From positions 1,364,001-1,428,000 of the forward strand of contig CM126226.1 in the NCBI GenBank assembly GCA_052327205.1: a stretch of DNA of 64,000 bases, read 5' to 3'. The notes under the pieces are model-generated. The model had not been told where the DNA came from and searched no databases. It was given only the letters and a program-made list of their open reading frames with translations. Positions within the stretch are counted from its first letter, which is position 1. Each line of letters starts with the position of its first letter. Positions 13,043-26,009 of this stretch are shown one piece after another. This stretch comes from Somniosus microcephalus. Lineage: Eukaryota. The translations under genes were made by a program, and so were the position numbers.

Positions 13043-13298
13043 CTTGTCTAAGTTGATTGCAAAACAGCACTAGTCTCTCCATCACAGAATGAATTGCCAT
13101 CCTTGTTAGAATTGCATGGGGTGTAAGAACTATAGAGGTAAGCACGCAAAGTCTTGGAGGGACTAATAAATGCTGCTGAAGACCCCCATTAGCGTGATTT
13201 TGCTGCATTCTTTGATATCTTCAGTTCTTTTTGATTTGTGAAGCAAGTATTGTGTCGATTTTCAGTGATTCACAAGTGATCTTGTTTATTTTTTTTAG

Positions 13299-13417
13299 TC
13301 AGAATGGCGACGGGCAGACGGCCAACCTTGCACCAGAGAACATCTCCTGATGGCTTTGGCCGATATTAATGTTTTCATGATCCGAGCAAGTTATACTGAA
13401 GGGACGACGGAAAGCAG
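13299..13417 (+). CDS. HSPG2: Perlecan exon 7, L4 domain
   Basis: ttttttag / gttaag. Reads SEWRRADGQPCTREHLLMALADINVFMIRASYTEGTTES. Confidence 0.95.
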
Positions 13418-14037
13418 GTTAAGTATTGACAGACCCCTGAATAAACGTTTCAACTTGAAAGCACTGGTGTGTGTGGAAACTCTTCAGTATCGTTTGTACC
13501 ATTGTCCACCGCCAGTCTTAAAATAAGTGCTGTACACTTGAGTGGCTGGCTTGGTATCCCGAAACAAAAGAAGGAGCCAGTCCCTGTTGGGTTATTGCAG
13601 ACACTCAGAGTTGAGTCTGTGGCTGACGCCAGCTGATCAAGATTGACTGGAGATGTTGGGCCTCCTCACAATATAGCAGAAAGCATCGAAGAAACTTCCA
13701 ACTTGTAGAAAATCATTTGTAAATTATAAAGCTGACATATAAAAAGATGAGGGCTGAGGGGGGAAACATGAGAGTTCTTTGTCCTCAGATGTGTTCTCAA
13801 ACACGCTGTGGTATTGAGTATTATTCTTGCATTGGATCAGTTTCTCTGCTGCTGCCTCTTTCCAGAAGAACTGGTCCACTCCCAGATCAAGTGACTCGGG
13901 CTCGTGTTAGACCGCATGGAGTGTCCTGGCTCCGCTACCTCGCCATAGCTTTATAACCGTGAATGGGGGACAAGAACCCGAACCATTTGCAGAGGTCCAG
14001 CAATGTTTGGAGATTAATTGCAGCTGTTCATTTGCAG

Positions 14038-14149
14038 AATATCCCAAATCCGTATGGATGTAGCGGTCCCACATTCCACTGGACAGGAGCAAGCCGTTGA
14101 GGTGGAGGAATGTGTCTGCCCAGGAGGTTACAACGGATCATCCTGTCAG
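14038..14149 (+). CDS. HSPG2: Perlecan exon 8, end of L4 / LE
   Basis: tttgcag / gtaaaa. Reads ISQIRMDVAVPHSTGQEQAVEVEECVCPGGYNGSSCQ. Confidence 0.96.
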
Positions 14150-14504
14150 GTAAAAAGCAGGGAAGAACTTGCATTTCTTCAACACCTTTCACAACCTCTG
14201 GATGTCCCAACGCTCCACAGTCAAACTGATGAGAATCCCAGCTGCTAAAATTGGGAAAACGTTCTTACTGATTTAAAACCGGGAGTTCAGAATTCCCAGA
14301 ATGCTATCCTCCCTAGTATATTGGCAATCTGACAGAATTTATAGATAATTAGTTCTGACACACAGCAACTTGGAAACATTGAATGTTTAATATAGTTTCT
14401 GTCGTTTGAATTTTTCACCAAATAGGAAAAAATTTAAGATTCACGTTGTTTATTTTTGGAAACAAACTTCTGCGGAATGTTTAACCTGTGTTTCTTCCGT
14501 GCAG

Positions 14505-14615
14505 GAATGTGACTTCGGCTACACCCGCACAGGGAGTGGGCTCTACCTGGGAACGTGTGAGCGCTGTGACTGTAACGGGCACGCCGACTGTGATGCAGAC
14601 ACCGGGGAATGCCTG
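14505..14615 (+). CDS. HSPG2: Perlecan exon 9, LE
   Basis: ccgtgcag / gtatgg. Reads ECDFGYTRTGSGLYLGTCERCDCNGHADCDADTGECL. Confidence 0.96.
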
Positions 14616-15056
14616 GTATGGAGAAATGCGTGAAATACCCGTTCAGTTCTAAATGCTGATTGATATGTTGTGTGTGCAACCGTTTCTAACTTTGCCAGGG
14701 CCTTCGAGAAATGTTCATGTTTGTCTGACTGGCTTGGTGTGTGACCCCCCCCCACCCCCATCTCTTCGCACTCATCCTGATTGATAGCATTTTTCATGGC
14801 GCAGCCTGTATATGATGTTGGTAATGAACTTGTCACTTCAGCAGTTTAGAAACACTTCCCAGGGTGGCGTAGTGAGTGTGTTGGAGATCTGTCATTGTGT
14901 GACATAGAGTGAGAGTTTACAGTGTCTCACTCACCTGCAAGTGCCCTTGGCGAGTTTCCTTCTGCACTCTGGGTCAGTTAATGAACCGACTTGTAAACTT
15001 CATTCGATTTTAAACAAATCTACGTGCTCAGCAAAATTCACAACTCATAATAACAG

Positions 15057-15102
15057 TAGCGCACGTCAGCCTAGCGCACGTCAGCCTAGCGCACGTCAGC
15101 CT
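15057..15102. repeat. 15-bp triple tandem repeat at a LINE junction
   Basis: tagcgcacgtcagcc x3. Confidence 0.85.
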
Positions 15103-16265
15103 ACAGCAGGACCTGGGTAACATCCAGACTTGGGCAACTTTTAAAATTCAATCTCGGGATGTGGGCGTCCATGGCAAGGTCTGAATGTATTACTTGCCCT
15201 AAGAAGGTGATGGTATGGTTTGATACAATTGGGGGGCTTGCTAGGCCATTTCAGAAGGCAATGAAGAGTCAGCCACGTTAGTGTGGGACTGGAGTCACAT
15301 GTAGGCTACATACGGCAGATTTCCTTCCCTAAAAAACTTTAGTGAACCAGTTGGGATTTTCTGACAGTCCAACGGCTTCATAGTCACATTTATCGATACC
15401 AGCTTTTTAAAAATTGAATTGAAATTCTCAGATTGCCGTGGTAGAATTTGAACTCACATTCTTTGGATTAGTAGTCCAGTAACATCGGCACTACACTACC
15501 ATACCCCTGACAAGTGGCAAGTAATACTCACACCACATAAATGCAGGCGGACCCCCTTGAGCAAGAGAACACTCAGCCATGTCACCTTGACCTTCAGTGG
15601 CACCCCAATCCCAGAGTCCCTCACCATCAACATCCCAGGGGTCACCAGTGAACAGAAGCTGACTGGACCAGCCATATTAATACCTTAGCTACAAGAGCAG
15701 GACAGAGGCTGGGTACCCTGATGAGTGGCTCACCGCCTGACCCATCAAACTCTTCCCCACCACCTACAAGGCTCAAACCAGGTGTTTGATAGACTGTTCA
15801 CCACTCACCTGAATGGGTGCAGCGGCAGCAGCTCTCGAGAAGCTGAACACCATCCAGGGCAGAGCAGTTTCCTTGATTGGTACCCCTGCCATTGGACCCA
15901 GCATCCCGCACACTGGGGCTGCAGTCTGTACAATCTACAGGATTCCACTGCAGCAACTCGCCAAGGTTACTTTTGAGATTAATCTCCCTCCCCTGTGACC
16001 CCGACCACACGAAGAGCCTGAGCAGAAATGTAATGGGAACTCGATCAGCACCAAGTCACACACCATCCTGACTTGGGCGTGGATCAACGTTCCTTTATGG
16101 TCGCTGAGTCAGAATCCTGGAATTCCCACCCTAGCACCATTGTGGAAGTATAATCACCACAAGGATAGTCTCGATTCAAGGAGGGGGCCCATCTTCTCAG
16201 GACAATGACAGAGGAGCAATAAATGCTGCTTTGTCAACCGCGCCCACAGCCCAAGAACAAGCGAT
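15100..16265 (+). mobile_element. Degenerate non-LTR LINE 3' fragment (same family as 56345..57295), probably with an internal insertion
   Basis: Colinear with the 56.4-57.3 kb copy (acaagagcagg...agaggctggg; caataaatgctg). Confidence 0.7.
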
Positions 16266-18494
16266 GAACAAAATCCAACACTGGGTTTACTTAGAAAATG
16301 TTCATAACACAAACATTTCGTACATCGACAGTTCTAGATATGGTACCATCTTTTGGGCATGATGAAGCTACAAGCACAGTCACACAAATGTATTTTGTAC
16401 CATAAACTCCTACCACAGATTTGATTTTTGCTGCAAGATGTTCTTGTTAAATTTAGGAGAGTTCACGCCTGATGCACTCTTGCCGCCTCGCTCCTTTATC
16501 TCTACAGAAATTCTGGGCCAATAAAAATCACCCATACAAATGAGCCAAACTGCCCAGATTAAAGTCTACCAAACTAGCCCATGTTGCATCCGTTTTAATC
16601 TTTAGAATTGTCTCATCTGTTTATTGTCTCGACAGTTTTCATAGGAAATCGGCCCTTCCTTTTAATATGGGAACGCCAATAGTCAGATCCTGTTCTGCCT
16701 GAGTAGCCAAATCAGCTGAATGGGAATATTTTGACCTTGACGTAGCAAAGCGCCTTGGGATGTTTTCCGATGTTAAAGGCGCTAAATAAATCCAAGTTGT
16801 TGTTGCCTCTGCAGGATTATTGGGGATTTGAACATAACATTGTAGCCATGAAGTAATTGATTTATTTTCTATTCCTGAGCCCACCCTTTGCCTCAACCAA
16901 GTCTAGAGTTCTCCTCTCAAACTTCTGTCAAGGTTAACTTTATAACCATTTTCTAGGAGATGTGCAGCAATGGTCCAGGGTACCCGGTCTCCGGCCTTTA
17001 TCTCCTGTCCTGTGTGGTGTGCCTGCCCTTTAATTGGTAGCCACTATGGCAGCACTGCCGAGATAGGGTGTTCACTGGGAAGCTGCAAATTTAAATCTTC
17101 CCACACAGTGACTTGGAACTCAATCAAATTTTGCAACATTTGAGTTTGTTACAAATCTAATTGAAAAAGACAGATTCAAGAAACTTTGGGAGTAATTTTG
17201 ACTTCATTGTTTCACATTGAAATCAATGGAGATAAAAATCGGGAGAGGAGAGATGTAAAAGGGGCTGCCGATTCGCTGTCCCCCGTTTTACACAAAGTGA
17301 GTATCCGCATTCAGCTGAGTTGGCTGCTTAACCGTGGCCACATGAAGGCTCAGAGACTTCCTTGCGGTGTTGATTAGCAGCAGTGTTTCAGGATCGCTAA
17401 TTGAAACAATGAGGCGCTGAAAGCCGAGGCTGCTTTCTGCAATATTCCAACCCGTGAATGACTTGGATTACATGACTTGCTAAACGTGTAGCTATCCCTC
17501 AATGAAACATGCTCTTTTACAACACTACTGTGGAATGGCAGCGCTATTTTTACTTGGGGAATTTTGCACAATATTGTCCTCTAATTTTTCAGCTTTTAAA
17601 TGGTCCCAGAATTAGTGTAGTTTAAGTGTTTTAAAACACGGATCAAAGATATTTTGCAGCTGAGTTATTAAATAGGTTTGACACTTGGCTAAACGGGAGT
17701 GATCATTTGTGGGGAGCACTTTTTGTTGACGGTGCTCTCCCCTTTTATATACGGAAGGGAATAAGCCGATTTTCTAGCCGACATGGATATGTTGAGCAAG
17801 GTGTCCTGAACTCTGCAGTGTGGCAGCTCCACGGAGGTGCTGGAGAGGGAGATGTTCTGGGCCACATAGCATGTTCTCCATTGGTGATGTCATCGGCCTA
17901 GCAAGGAGGCAGACCCTATTTGAGGCAATAAAACCGATGGTTTTTAATAAAATGCCAAATTGCTGCCATGTGTGAGAGTATATTATAAAATGGGAGATTG
18001 CCTTGTATAAAACTAGACTTCCCTTCACCATCAGGGCTCTCGTTTAAGGGAGAGTGTGCAATTGATCAATCTCAATGAAGCAATTTTGATGAATGAATAC
18101 GTGCTACAATCGATGCTGTAATTTAGCCACATTAAATTTGCACTTTCAGTTTGCTATTCTGTGACGTGTCTGTATTACACCATTCAATCTGCTATTGATC
18201 AACATTACATTTCAACAGTAGTTGAAATTAGCACCATATTTTAAATAGGCTTCACATACAATTGCTACCTTGATACAAGACCATTTTCCCTCATCTCCCA
18301 CCTGTAGCTTTGTATGGAGGGAAGGTGCATTTAAAAGTGTCCTTTTGTGTGGAAATCTGTGCTGTTTTGCTTTTTCCTGTTGCACACCCTGTCTGAATTA
18401 GTTCGGATTTTAACTTTTTGTGTTCTATCAGATTATAATGGTCTCCGAATGTTGTCAGCTGTGATTGAAGTTTCTTTTTCTTGTGTGACTACAG

Positions 18495-18622
18495 ACCTGC
18501 CAATACAACACCGAGGGCCTCCGATGTGAGCGGTGTCTGCCAGGTTTCTATGGAGATGCCAGAGGTGGGACATCAGATGACTGTGCACCGTGCCCTTGCC
18601 CAGGAACCACGCCCTCAAATCA
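18495..18622 (+). CDS. HSPG2: Perlecan exon 10, LE
   Basis: actacag / gtgagt. Reads [42 protein letters not shown]. Confidence 0.95.
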
Positions 18623-19124
18623 GTGAGTTTGCTTTTTTTTTAAAAGAAACTCACTTTTCCACAATTTATACTGATTTTAGTATTTTTATTGTTCAACCTC
18701 CATAAGCAATTATGAATCGCTTACTTTCCAAATGGGAGAAACTACCTGAGAGACCGTCACTCCTTAGAGATTGGAACCTTGCATTGATTGTATGAGCATG
18801 TGGCTTTCCCCTTGCTATCAGTCTAAATAAGCTTCTATTCTAATATTGTACCTCAGTCTTTTACTGGTAACTGTCCTGTTCCTTCACACCAGGTTCTTCA
18901 GTATAGCTTACTTTGCTTTTTCCTGGAAGAGCGTATGGTTTTAGTTATGTTGAAGAAGTTCAATAGTACTAAATGTTCTGCTTTTTTTTCCCAAAGAAAC
19001 TGTAAAGTTCCACACAAGTTTTTCATCATGTTGCATCAACTGCATTGACTTGACAATATAGTATTGATGAATAGTGAAAGATGAGAATGGTTGTGACGGG
19101 GCGAGAGACAGAGAAATGAGAGGC

Positions 19125-19450
19125 TTTGTCTAGAGAAGGCTGAGGGGGTGACCTGATGGAGGTCTTTAAGATAATGAAAGGGTTTGATAGCGTAGACACA
19201 GAGAAAATGTTTCCACTTGTGGGGGAGACCAGAACTAGAGGCCATAAATACAAGACTAATAAATCCAATAGGGAATTCAGGAAAAGGTTCTTTACCCAAA
19301 GAGTGGTTAGAATGTGGAACATGAGGGAGAAAGCAATAGGAGGATATGTTGATAGGGTGAGATGAAGAAGGGTGGGAGGAGACTCGTGTGGAGCAGAAAC
19401 ACCGGCACAGACCAGCCGGGCCGACCGGCCTGTTTCTGTGCTGTGCTCTC
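19125..19450 (+). mobile_element. CR1 3' fragment
   Basis: EVFKIMKGFDSVDTEKMFPLVGETRTRGH...FFTQRVVRMWN. Confidence 0.85.
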
Positions 19451-19577
19451 GATGATGACCTCTCCAGTTTTACAAAAAGCTTTCCCATGTGTCCTGAGCT
19501 GGAGTGAAAGAATGTTGCTCGAATAACAAACATCAAATCTTCATGAGCCAGTGAAATTGGGCAGTGTTTTAGAACAT

Positions 19578-19823
19578 TGTGGTAAACCACTGCTAACTCT
19601 GTACATGTCTGTGTGGTAAACCACTGTTAACTCTGTACAGGTCCGGGCATGTCTCCGCCCCTGGCTCCACCCCTAAGCCCGGGTATAAAGGTGACTCACC
19701 ACCCTTCCCCCGGGAGCTCTTAGGATGGATCCACTAGCAGAGGCATGCTCCAGTTCTTAGTCAATAAAAGCCTACTTCGTATAAGTTCAACTCGTAGTCT
19801 TTGGTGTTGTTGATAGTGCATCA
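19578..19823 (+). mobile_element. Solo LTR
   Basis: TG...CA termini and a 5-bp TSD AACAT on both sides. Contains GC boxes, TATAAA and AATAAA. Confidence 0.85.
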
Positions 19824-20399
19824 AACATAATTGTTTATTTTCCCCTTGCATTAAAAAATATTCTGTGATATATTTAAGAGTGGTAACCTGGTGCAGTTTG
19901 ATTAATACAACTGGAAATAGGTTTATCACCAAAAATATAAGCATTTTAAACAGTGTCTAGTCCACCACCTGTGAGTAACCCGATTTTAAATAGTTGAAAA
20001 TTACTTTAAAAAAAACTGTACAAAACATTCACACGTTTCATTGCTGTAAACTAGACAGCTTCTTAGTAAATTAAATATTTTTTAATATTTAAAAACTTTT
20101 AAACGGAGCCTGTATGCCTTTTTAAAAAAAAAAAGCTTAATTTTAAGAGGTTCCTCGAATGTCTGCAAACGGGCGGAATTAGCGGAAACTCGCCGAGGTG
20201 ATTAATTTGATCCGGGGGGCGTGGCCAGTGTGGTGGGCGGGGCCAGCTCCTAGCGCGATATTTTTTAAACTAGAGGAAGAAGTTGCAGAAGCTCGATTTG
20301 CACTGGACGTAACTTGCACTTAAAATTCCTCGATCTTTTCTGCTGGTTTGGCCTATTTTGGGCAAATTGTACTGGACACAACCTAGCAGAAACTCTACC

Positions 20400-22150
20400 C
20401 CAATATCCTCAAAGAATTGAAAGAAACAAGACGTATATCGCCCCGTGGAAGAGCTTGCAGGAGTGCCGTTGGCAGTGATTCTACAATTGCACTGAAAGTG
20501 ACTGAGAGAATGGTGAATGTAGAGCGGAATCCTCAGTAAAAGATTGGATGAAGAAGAAACGGTGGGAGAGAAGAAAACATCGTGGGGAAGTCCTGTGTTC
20601 AGGAAAGATGATGAGTCATCGATTACATCATAAATGAGGTGACTTGAGAGGAAACTAGATAGCTTTGCACATTTGATGGGAGGCCATTCAAAGTAACTTG
20701 TTCAGAAGTGCACCTTCTGAAAGGCTTTGGAGATGTTGAAGGCAACAGCAGATGAGTGACCAGTGTTCCAGAGCAGAGTTAAGGTTGCGGATAATTTATG
20801 AATTAACAGGCGCTTTACAACTTTCTAGTCCCAATGCCTGAGTCTTAGTTAGAATGTTAAGAGGGACCACCTTTCTTAGGGGAAGTATAATTAGGAGCAA
20901 ATGTCCAAAAGGGAGGTTACGGTAAACTTGGGAGTAAGAGAAATTGAAGAGTGGCACAGGACAACTGGTAGGGTTAAAGGTATCGATCTTGAGTACAATG
21001 GGCGGGATTCAATCAGGAGCAACGGTCTTGCTGGAATCGGAAAAGCAGAGGATCCAAAGAACCTGGCTGGGATAAAAGCTGATTCCGACGGTCGAACAGA
21101 CGGAGGGCGATCCTCCAAGATTAAGATGAGAGTTGGACGAGAAAAGTGAGCGTTCTCTCTTGAGAGCTAGCAACTGTTCCTTCAAGATGTGAGGGGATGA
21201 AAAGAAGATTCTGAGAAATTATGAAAGATGCTTTGGCAAAGGACCCCAGTGGACTGGAATCAGAAGGAATGGGAACAAAGTAGTTGATGCTTCTTTTCAA
21301 TCAAGTTAGAGTTAACAGCTGTGATCGTGGTTTTCTAGAATTGGGAGCAGAGTTGGCTGAGGGCGTGTCAGACTGATCAAAGTGCCAGGCAAGGTGGTTA
21401 GGAATTTTGAGAGGAGGCTCAATTGTGGCTGTCGTTCTACTGAGGTATAGCAGAGAATCTGATGGACGGGATAAAGTGGAACATGATTGATGCTAGTTAC
21501 TTTACCTGCATATATAGGTTAGGATGCGTGAAAGCTGCAGAACGACCAAGGAAAGGCGGCAAAGACCACCCCAATGAGCTGAGCTGTAGGACCAAACAAG
21601 ATGGGACAGGGTTACAGAGTGCAAGATATTCTCCTGAAGACAATACAGTAGTTTGAAGAGCCCAGCAGGAAGAAACCAGTTGCAGCTTGAGTTCGGACTG
21701 GATTTGAGGAAAAGGTCTACGAGATACGCTTAAATACCAGCATGATCAGGGTTCCAGATAGACCAATCATGAGCTAATCAAGGTCACTCAGAACTACCAA
21801 GGACTTGGCTTTAACAGCAGCCTGATCAGTAGAAACAGAGCCATTGCTCGAATGTTGACGTTGCCAAGAACGGCGATTTCAGCAGAGGGGGGCGGATTTG
21901 ATTTGGCTTGACAAAAATGTGAAAAGTTTCAGAGTATTGAATGTTGGAGCGTTAGAAACGACAGATAGATTTTGTGTAGTAGAGATTTTAACTACAGGAG
22001 GAAATCAGTCAGATTTGAAGGAGCGAAGGTGAGCAGCAGTGATATCAGAATCAGCACCTCCTTTGGAGTTGTACCCTGGTGTTCAGTGAGTGGTCAGCAT
22101 GGATTCTTTCTGCAACTGAAGAGAAAATCTGACTAACAAATGGAAGAGAG
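20400..22150 (-). mobile_element. Possible highly decayed non-LTR retroelement
   Basis: Minus-strand peptide remnants resemble APE endonuclease (EIAVLGNVNI vs IxxGDFNI) and RT flanks. Many stops. Confidence 0.35.
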
Positions 22151-22756
22151 AATCGGGCGAGTGCAAACTGTGATGACAATTCGCCGTCACCCATCTCGTG
22201 CTACTGCCAAGGTGAACCTATACCTGAGCATTTGATATTGCAGCCACAGACTTGGGTGAGAGAACCTTCTGAAGACACACAAGCCAATCCATACTTTGTG
22301 CATTCGACAGGGCTGTGGTTCGATCTGACGTTGCTCAGAGGCATGCACACTCCAGTTATTGATTCCCTTGGTCTCTGAGCTGCTTTCAAAACCTCCATGA
22401 GACGAAGTGAAAATGTCCTTTGAAGTGGACTCAGCCATGTAGCAGTCTGTGAGTGACGCTCTGACCCACTCGTCAGGCCAGTGAGCCAGAATTTGACAAA
22501 AGGCAGAGAATTTTCCACGTTGGTTGTAACTGACTTTTGCAGGTGGACAGGTATGGTGGAACTTCAGTTAAAAAAAAACAGCAAAAAGATACCAATAAAC
22601 CATTCCATTTAAAATTTTCAGATACTCTTCACTTGTATCCGGGTCTCTCGGCATTACACTTGGGTAACCAGTGTGAAAATCTTCATCTAAAATCTTCAAA
22701 ACCTTGGAGTGGTTAGCTCAGATTTTTTTTTAAAAGCTGTTTCATTTTCCGCTCAG

Positions 22757-22843
22757 GTTCTCCTCGACTTGTTTCCTGGACACAGACGGACAGATAACTT
22801 GTGAACATTGCCCCAGCGGTTACGGAGGCAGAAACTGCGAAAG
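22757..22843 (+). CDS. HSPG2: Perlecan exon 11, LE
   Basis: ccgctcag / gtatag. Reads FSSTCFLDTDGQITCEHCPSGYGGRNCE and ends in phase 2 (AG). Confidence 0.95.
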
Positions 22844-24971
22844 GTATAGTCCGCCAGACCCTCTTGTGTCTTACTTTGTCCTGACTCTTTTTATTGTACA
22901 TAATAGTTCCTAAGTGGGTATTCCAGGTAATTAGCCCGAGGGCCCACTTATTTAATCTAGGACTTGGAGCTGCTTCCAGAGTGGTGTCATTTCCATGAAC
23001 TAGCATCTCATTCAGATGTACTGACCCCTTCACCGGCTTGTAATATCTACAAGTTCTGCTTCACAGGACTATCTCGTTTACATTCATGTCGTTTACTCAA
23101 TGCCACAAGGCTTCAGTGTAAAATACCCCAAACTGGACCAATGTATTCAAATACAGTTACCATCCAGGAAACATTTTGTTCAGTCCTAACTCGTCATGCT
23201 CCGGTGAAAGGGTTCAATTTAACCGAGCCTGTATAAAGTGAATCCCTGAGTTGAGAGCAGCTTCTTTGTACTTTGACCAGTAATTCTGTGACTAAAAGAA
23301 GCTCGCTGTCACTCACTGACTCAGGGATTCAGCTTAAAAAAAACTAAGATCTGTTGTAAGATTTTCAGTTGAATTCTGCTTTCTTTGGTAGGAATACCAA
23401 CTTCAAAATTAAAACACGTTTTCTCGCAGAGTTGAGGACGTATTGTTTCAACGCACTCTTTATCAAGCTTGGATTACAATCCAGCCCAGATAGAGACGGG
23501 GTGAATTTCCCTTTTATCTGACGACATGGAACCCCAACGAGAATGAGTTTGGCTCATCTCGGTCATGGTGGATATGGGGATTTTAAAGTTTAGTTAACAG
23601 TAAAGCGTCTTTGTGCAGTGTGTCACTGCTTCCACTGGTGACTTCTTGCAAAGAAAGCAGGATAACATTGAAAACCCTTCTAAGGCAGAACTCCATTCTT
23701 TATCAGGAATATGACACCACGCTACCTCTGTTGAAAGCACACAACTCACATACAGCTTCTCCCAAACTCTCTACAGGGCATTGAGCATGCAGGAGAATGA
23801 GTTATAGAAGGATAATGTATGGAAAATCCCACCTCTTCACCTGTAGCAATACGAACAGAAAGGCACCACGTGATTTTATACAGCGACAATAAACCAGTGA
23901 TACAGGATGTCTTTAAAATATCTGTAGGAAACTGTCATTGTTGTATGGAGGGCATTGCTCTTCGATAATTCCATAACTGCCAGTGAGCAGAAACACAATG
24001 CTCAGTGGGGTGTAGTATATTGAGAATAGTTTAAGATGGAACTATATATACCCATGGAGACAAATAGGATCTTCTGCATGCTATATGTTGAGAGTCTGGG
24101 GAGAAGCCATGGTTTAAATAGTAGACATTACTGGAAGCAATAACTACCTCACTCCCTGAGCCAGAAGCTGGAAGGGCAGATGGCTGTCTGTTGAGCTGAT
24201 TTTAACAGCTGTTAGCCTATCCCCCATTCATCAACCATCACCATTGGGAATGTTTGGAGAACCTTGGGTTCATGCTAAATTTGTACAGTTTCTTGGAAGG
24301 AGAGGGGAATTCTTTTGGGCCACAATGGGAGGTACAGCAGATTCCTCGCCAGCCTCACATACAGCTGATGGCAGGGGCTTCCTTTTGACCAACACAGACC
24401 AAGATACTGGGCTTTCAGCTTCTGTAACAAGGGGTTTACAGTAACCAGATATGATGAGCCTTACTTACTGTGGAAAAGCCAGAGCTCTGCATGATTCAGT
24501 TGGAGTTGGTGCTTTGTGTTGTGGGAGCTCGTGTATAGTTGCAGGTTGATGATCTTCAGGTGCTTCTGGGTGGGCTTGGCCTCTCTCGTGTGTCTGTACT
24601 GACGGCTTCCTCTAGTGCTGGTGATTGCTCTGCACTTTTGTCTCTTTTCATGGTCCTTTCATAATTGCAAACTTTGATTCATGGGAAGCAGAATATGTAT
24701 ACTTGGTCTTAGGCTATTTAAAGAGTACAGCATTTATTTTTCACGCTGGGTGCAAGTTAGAGTTAATTGCAAACAACAAATTTATTAGCTTTGGCGCTTG
24801 TGTGTTATAGAGCTTGACTTCACTTGGAGCTTTCGACTAATGGTAGAACAGTACAAAAAACTTAGTTAAGTGAAATGAAGCTATATACAGTATTCTAAAT
24901 ATTATCACACCAGTGAGGTGGACATGACTGATGTTTAATGTCTGATGACATTGTCTTTGTGGCTAAATGTT

Positions 24972-25818
24972 CCCATCCCACAATCCATACAGTCTCCTCC
25001 ATCCCACGATCCATACAGTCTCCTCCATCCCACGATCCATACAGTCCACTCCATCCAACGATCCATACAGTCCACTCCATCCCACGATCCATACAGTCCA
25101 CTCCATCCCACGATCCATACAGTCCACCCCATCCCACGATCCATACAGTCTACTCCATCCCACGATCCATACAGTCCACTCCATCCCACGATCCATACAG
25201 TCCACTCCATCCCACGATCCATACAGTCCACTCCATCCCACGATCCATACAGTCCACTCCATCCCACGATCCATACAGTCCACTCCATCCCACGATCCAT
25301 ACAGTCCACTCCATCCCACGATCCATACAGTCCACTCCATCCCACGATCCATACAGTCCACTCCATTCCACGATCCATACAGTCCACTCCATCCCACGAT
25401 CCATACAGTCCACTCCATCCCACGATCCATACAGTCCACTCCATCCCACGATCCATACAGTCCACTCCATCCCACGATCCATACAGTCCACTCCATCCCA
25501 CGATCCATACAGTCCACTCCATCCCACGATCCATACAGTCCACTCCATCCCACGATCCATACAGTCCACTCCATCCCACGATCCATACAGTCCACTCCAT
25601 CCCACGATCCATACAGTCCACTCCATCCCACGATCCATACAGTCCACTCCATCCCACGATCCATACAGTCCACTCCATCCCACGATCCATACAGTCCACT
25701 CCATCCCACGATCCATACAGTCTACTCCATCCCACAATCCATACAGTCTAATCCATCCCACAATCCATACAGTCTACTCCATCCCACAATCCATACAGTC
25801 GACTCCATTCCACAATCC
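24972..25818. repeat. 26-bp minisatellite, ~32 units
   Basis: Unit ccatcccacgatccatacagtccact, with diverged edge copies. Confidence 0.97.
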
Positions 25819-26009
25819 AGTTAGTGTATAGGCTTCTCTGTAAACGGTATTGCTGATTTTCCTCCCATGTTGATTTAATTTAGCTCTCTCTCTTACCTGC
25901 CCCCACTCAGAAACTCTTGGAGACACGGTATGCAAATCGCCATTCCATAGCCAGGCGTGTCCCTCATCTCCCGTAAAACAGCTGCTCTGAGAGATTGGAA
26001 GGGCTCTGT

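Noticed and set aside
17930-18330. AT-rich unique segment resembling a conserved non-coding element
   Set aside because: Impression only; cannot be supported without alignments.
24895-25831. Overlapping ORFs on both strands and a CRISPR-like periodicity
   Set aside because: Head-to-tail 26-bp minisatellite with no unique spacers, in eukaryotic DNA.
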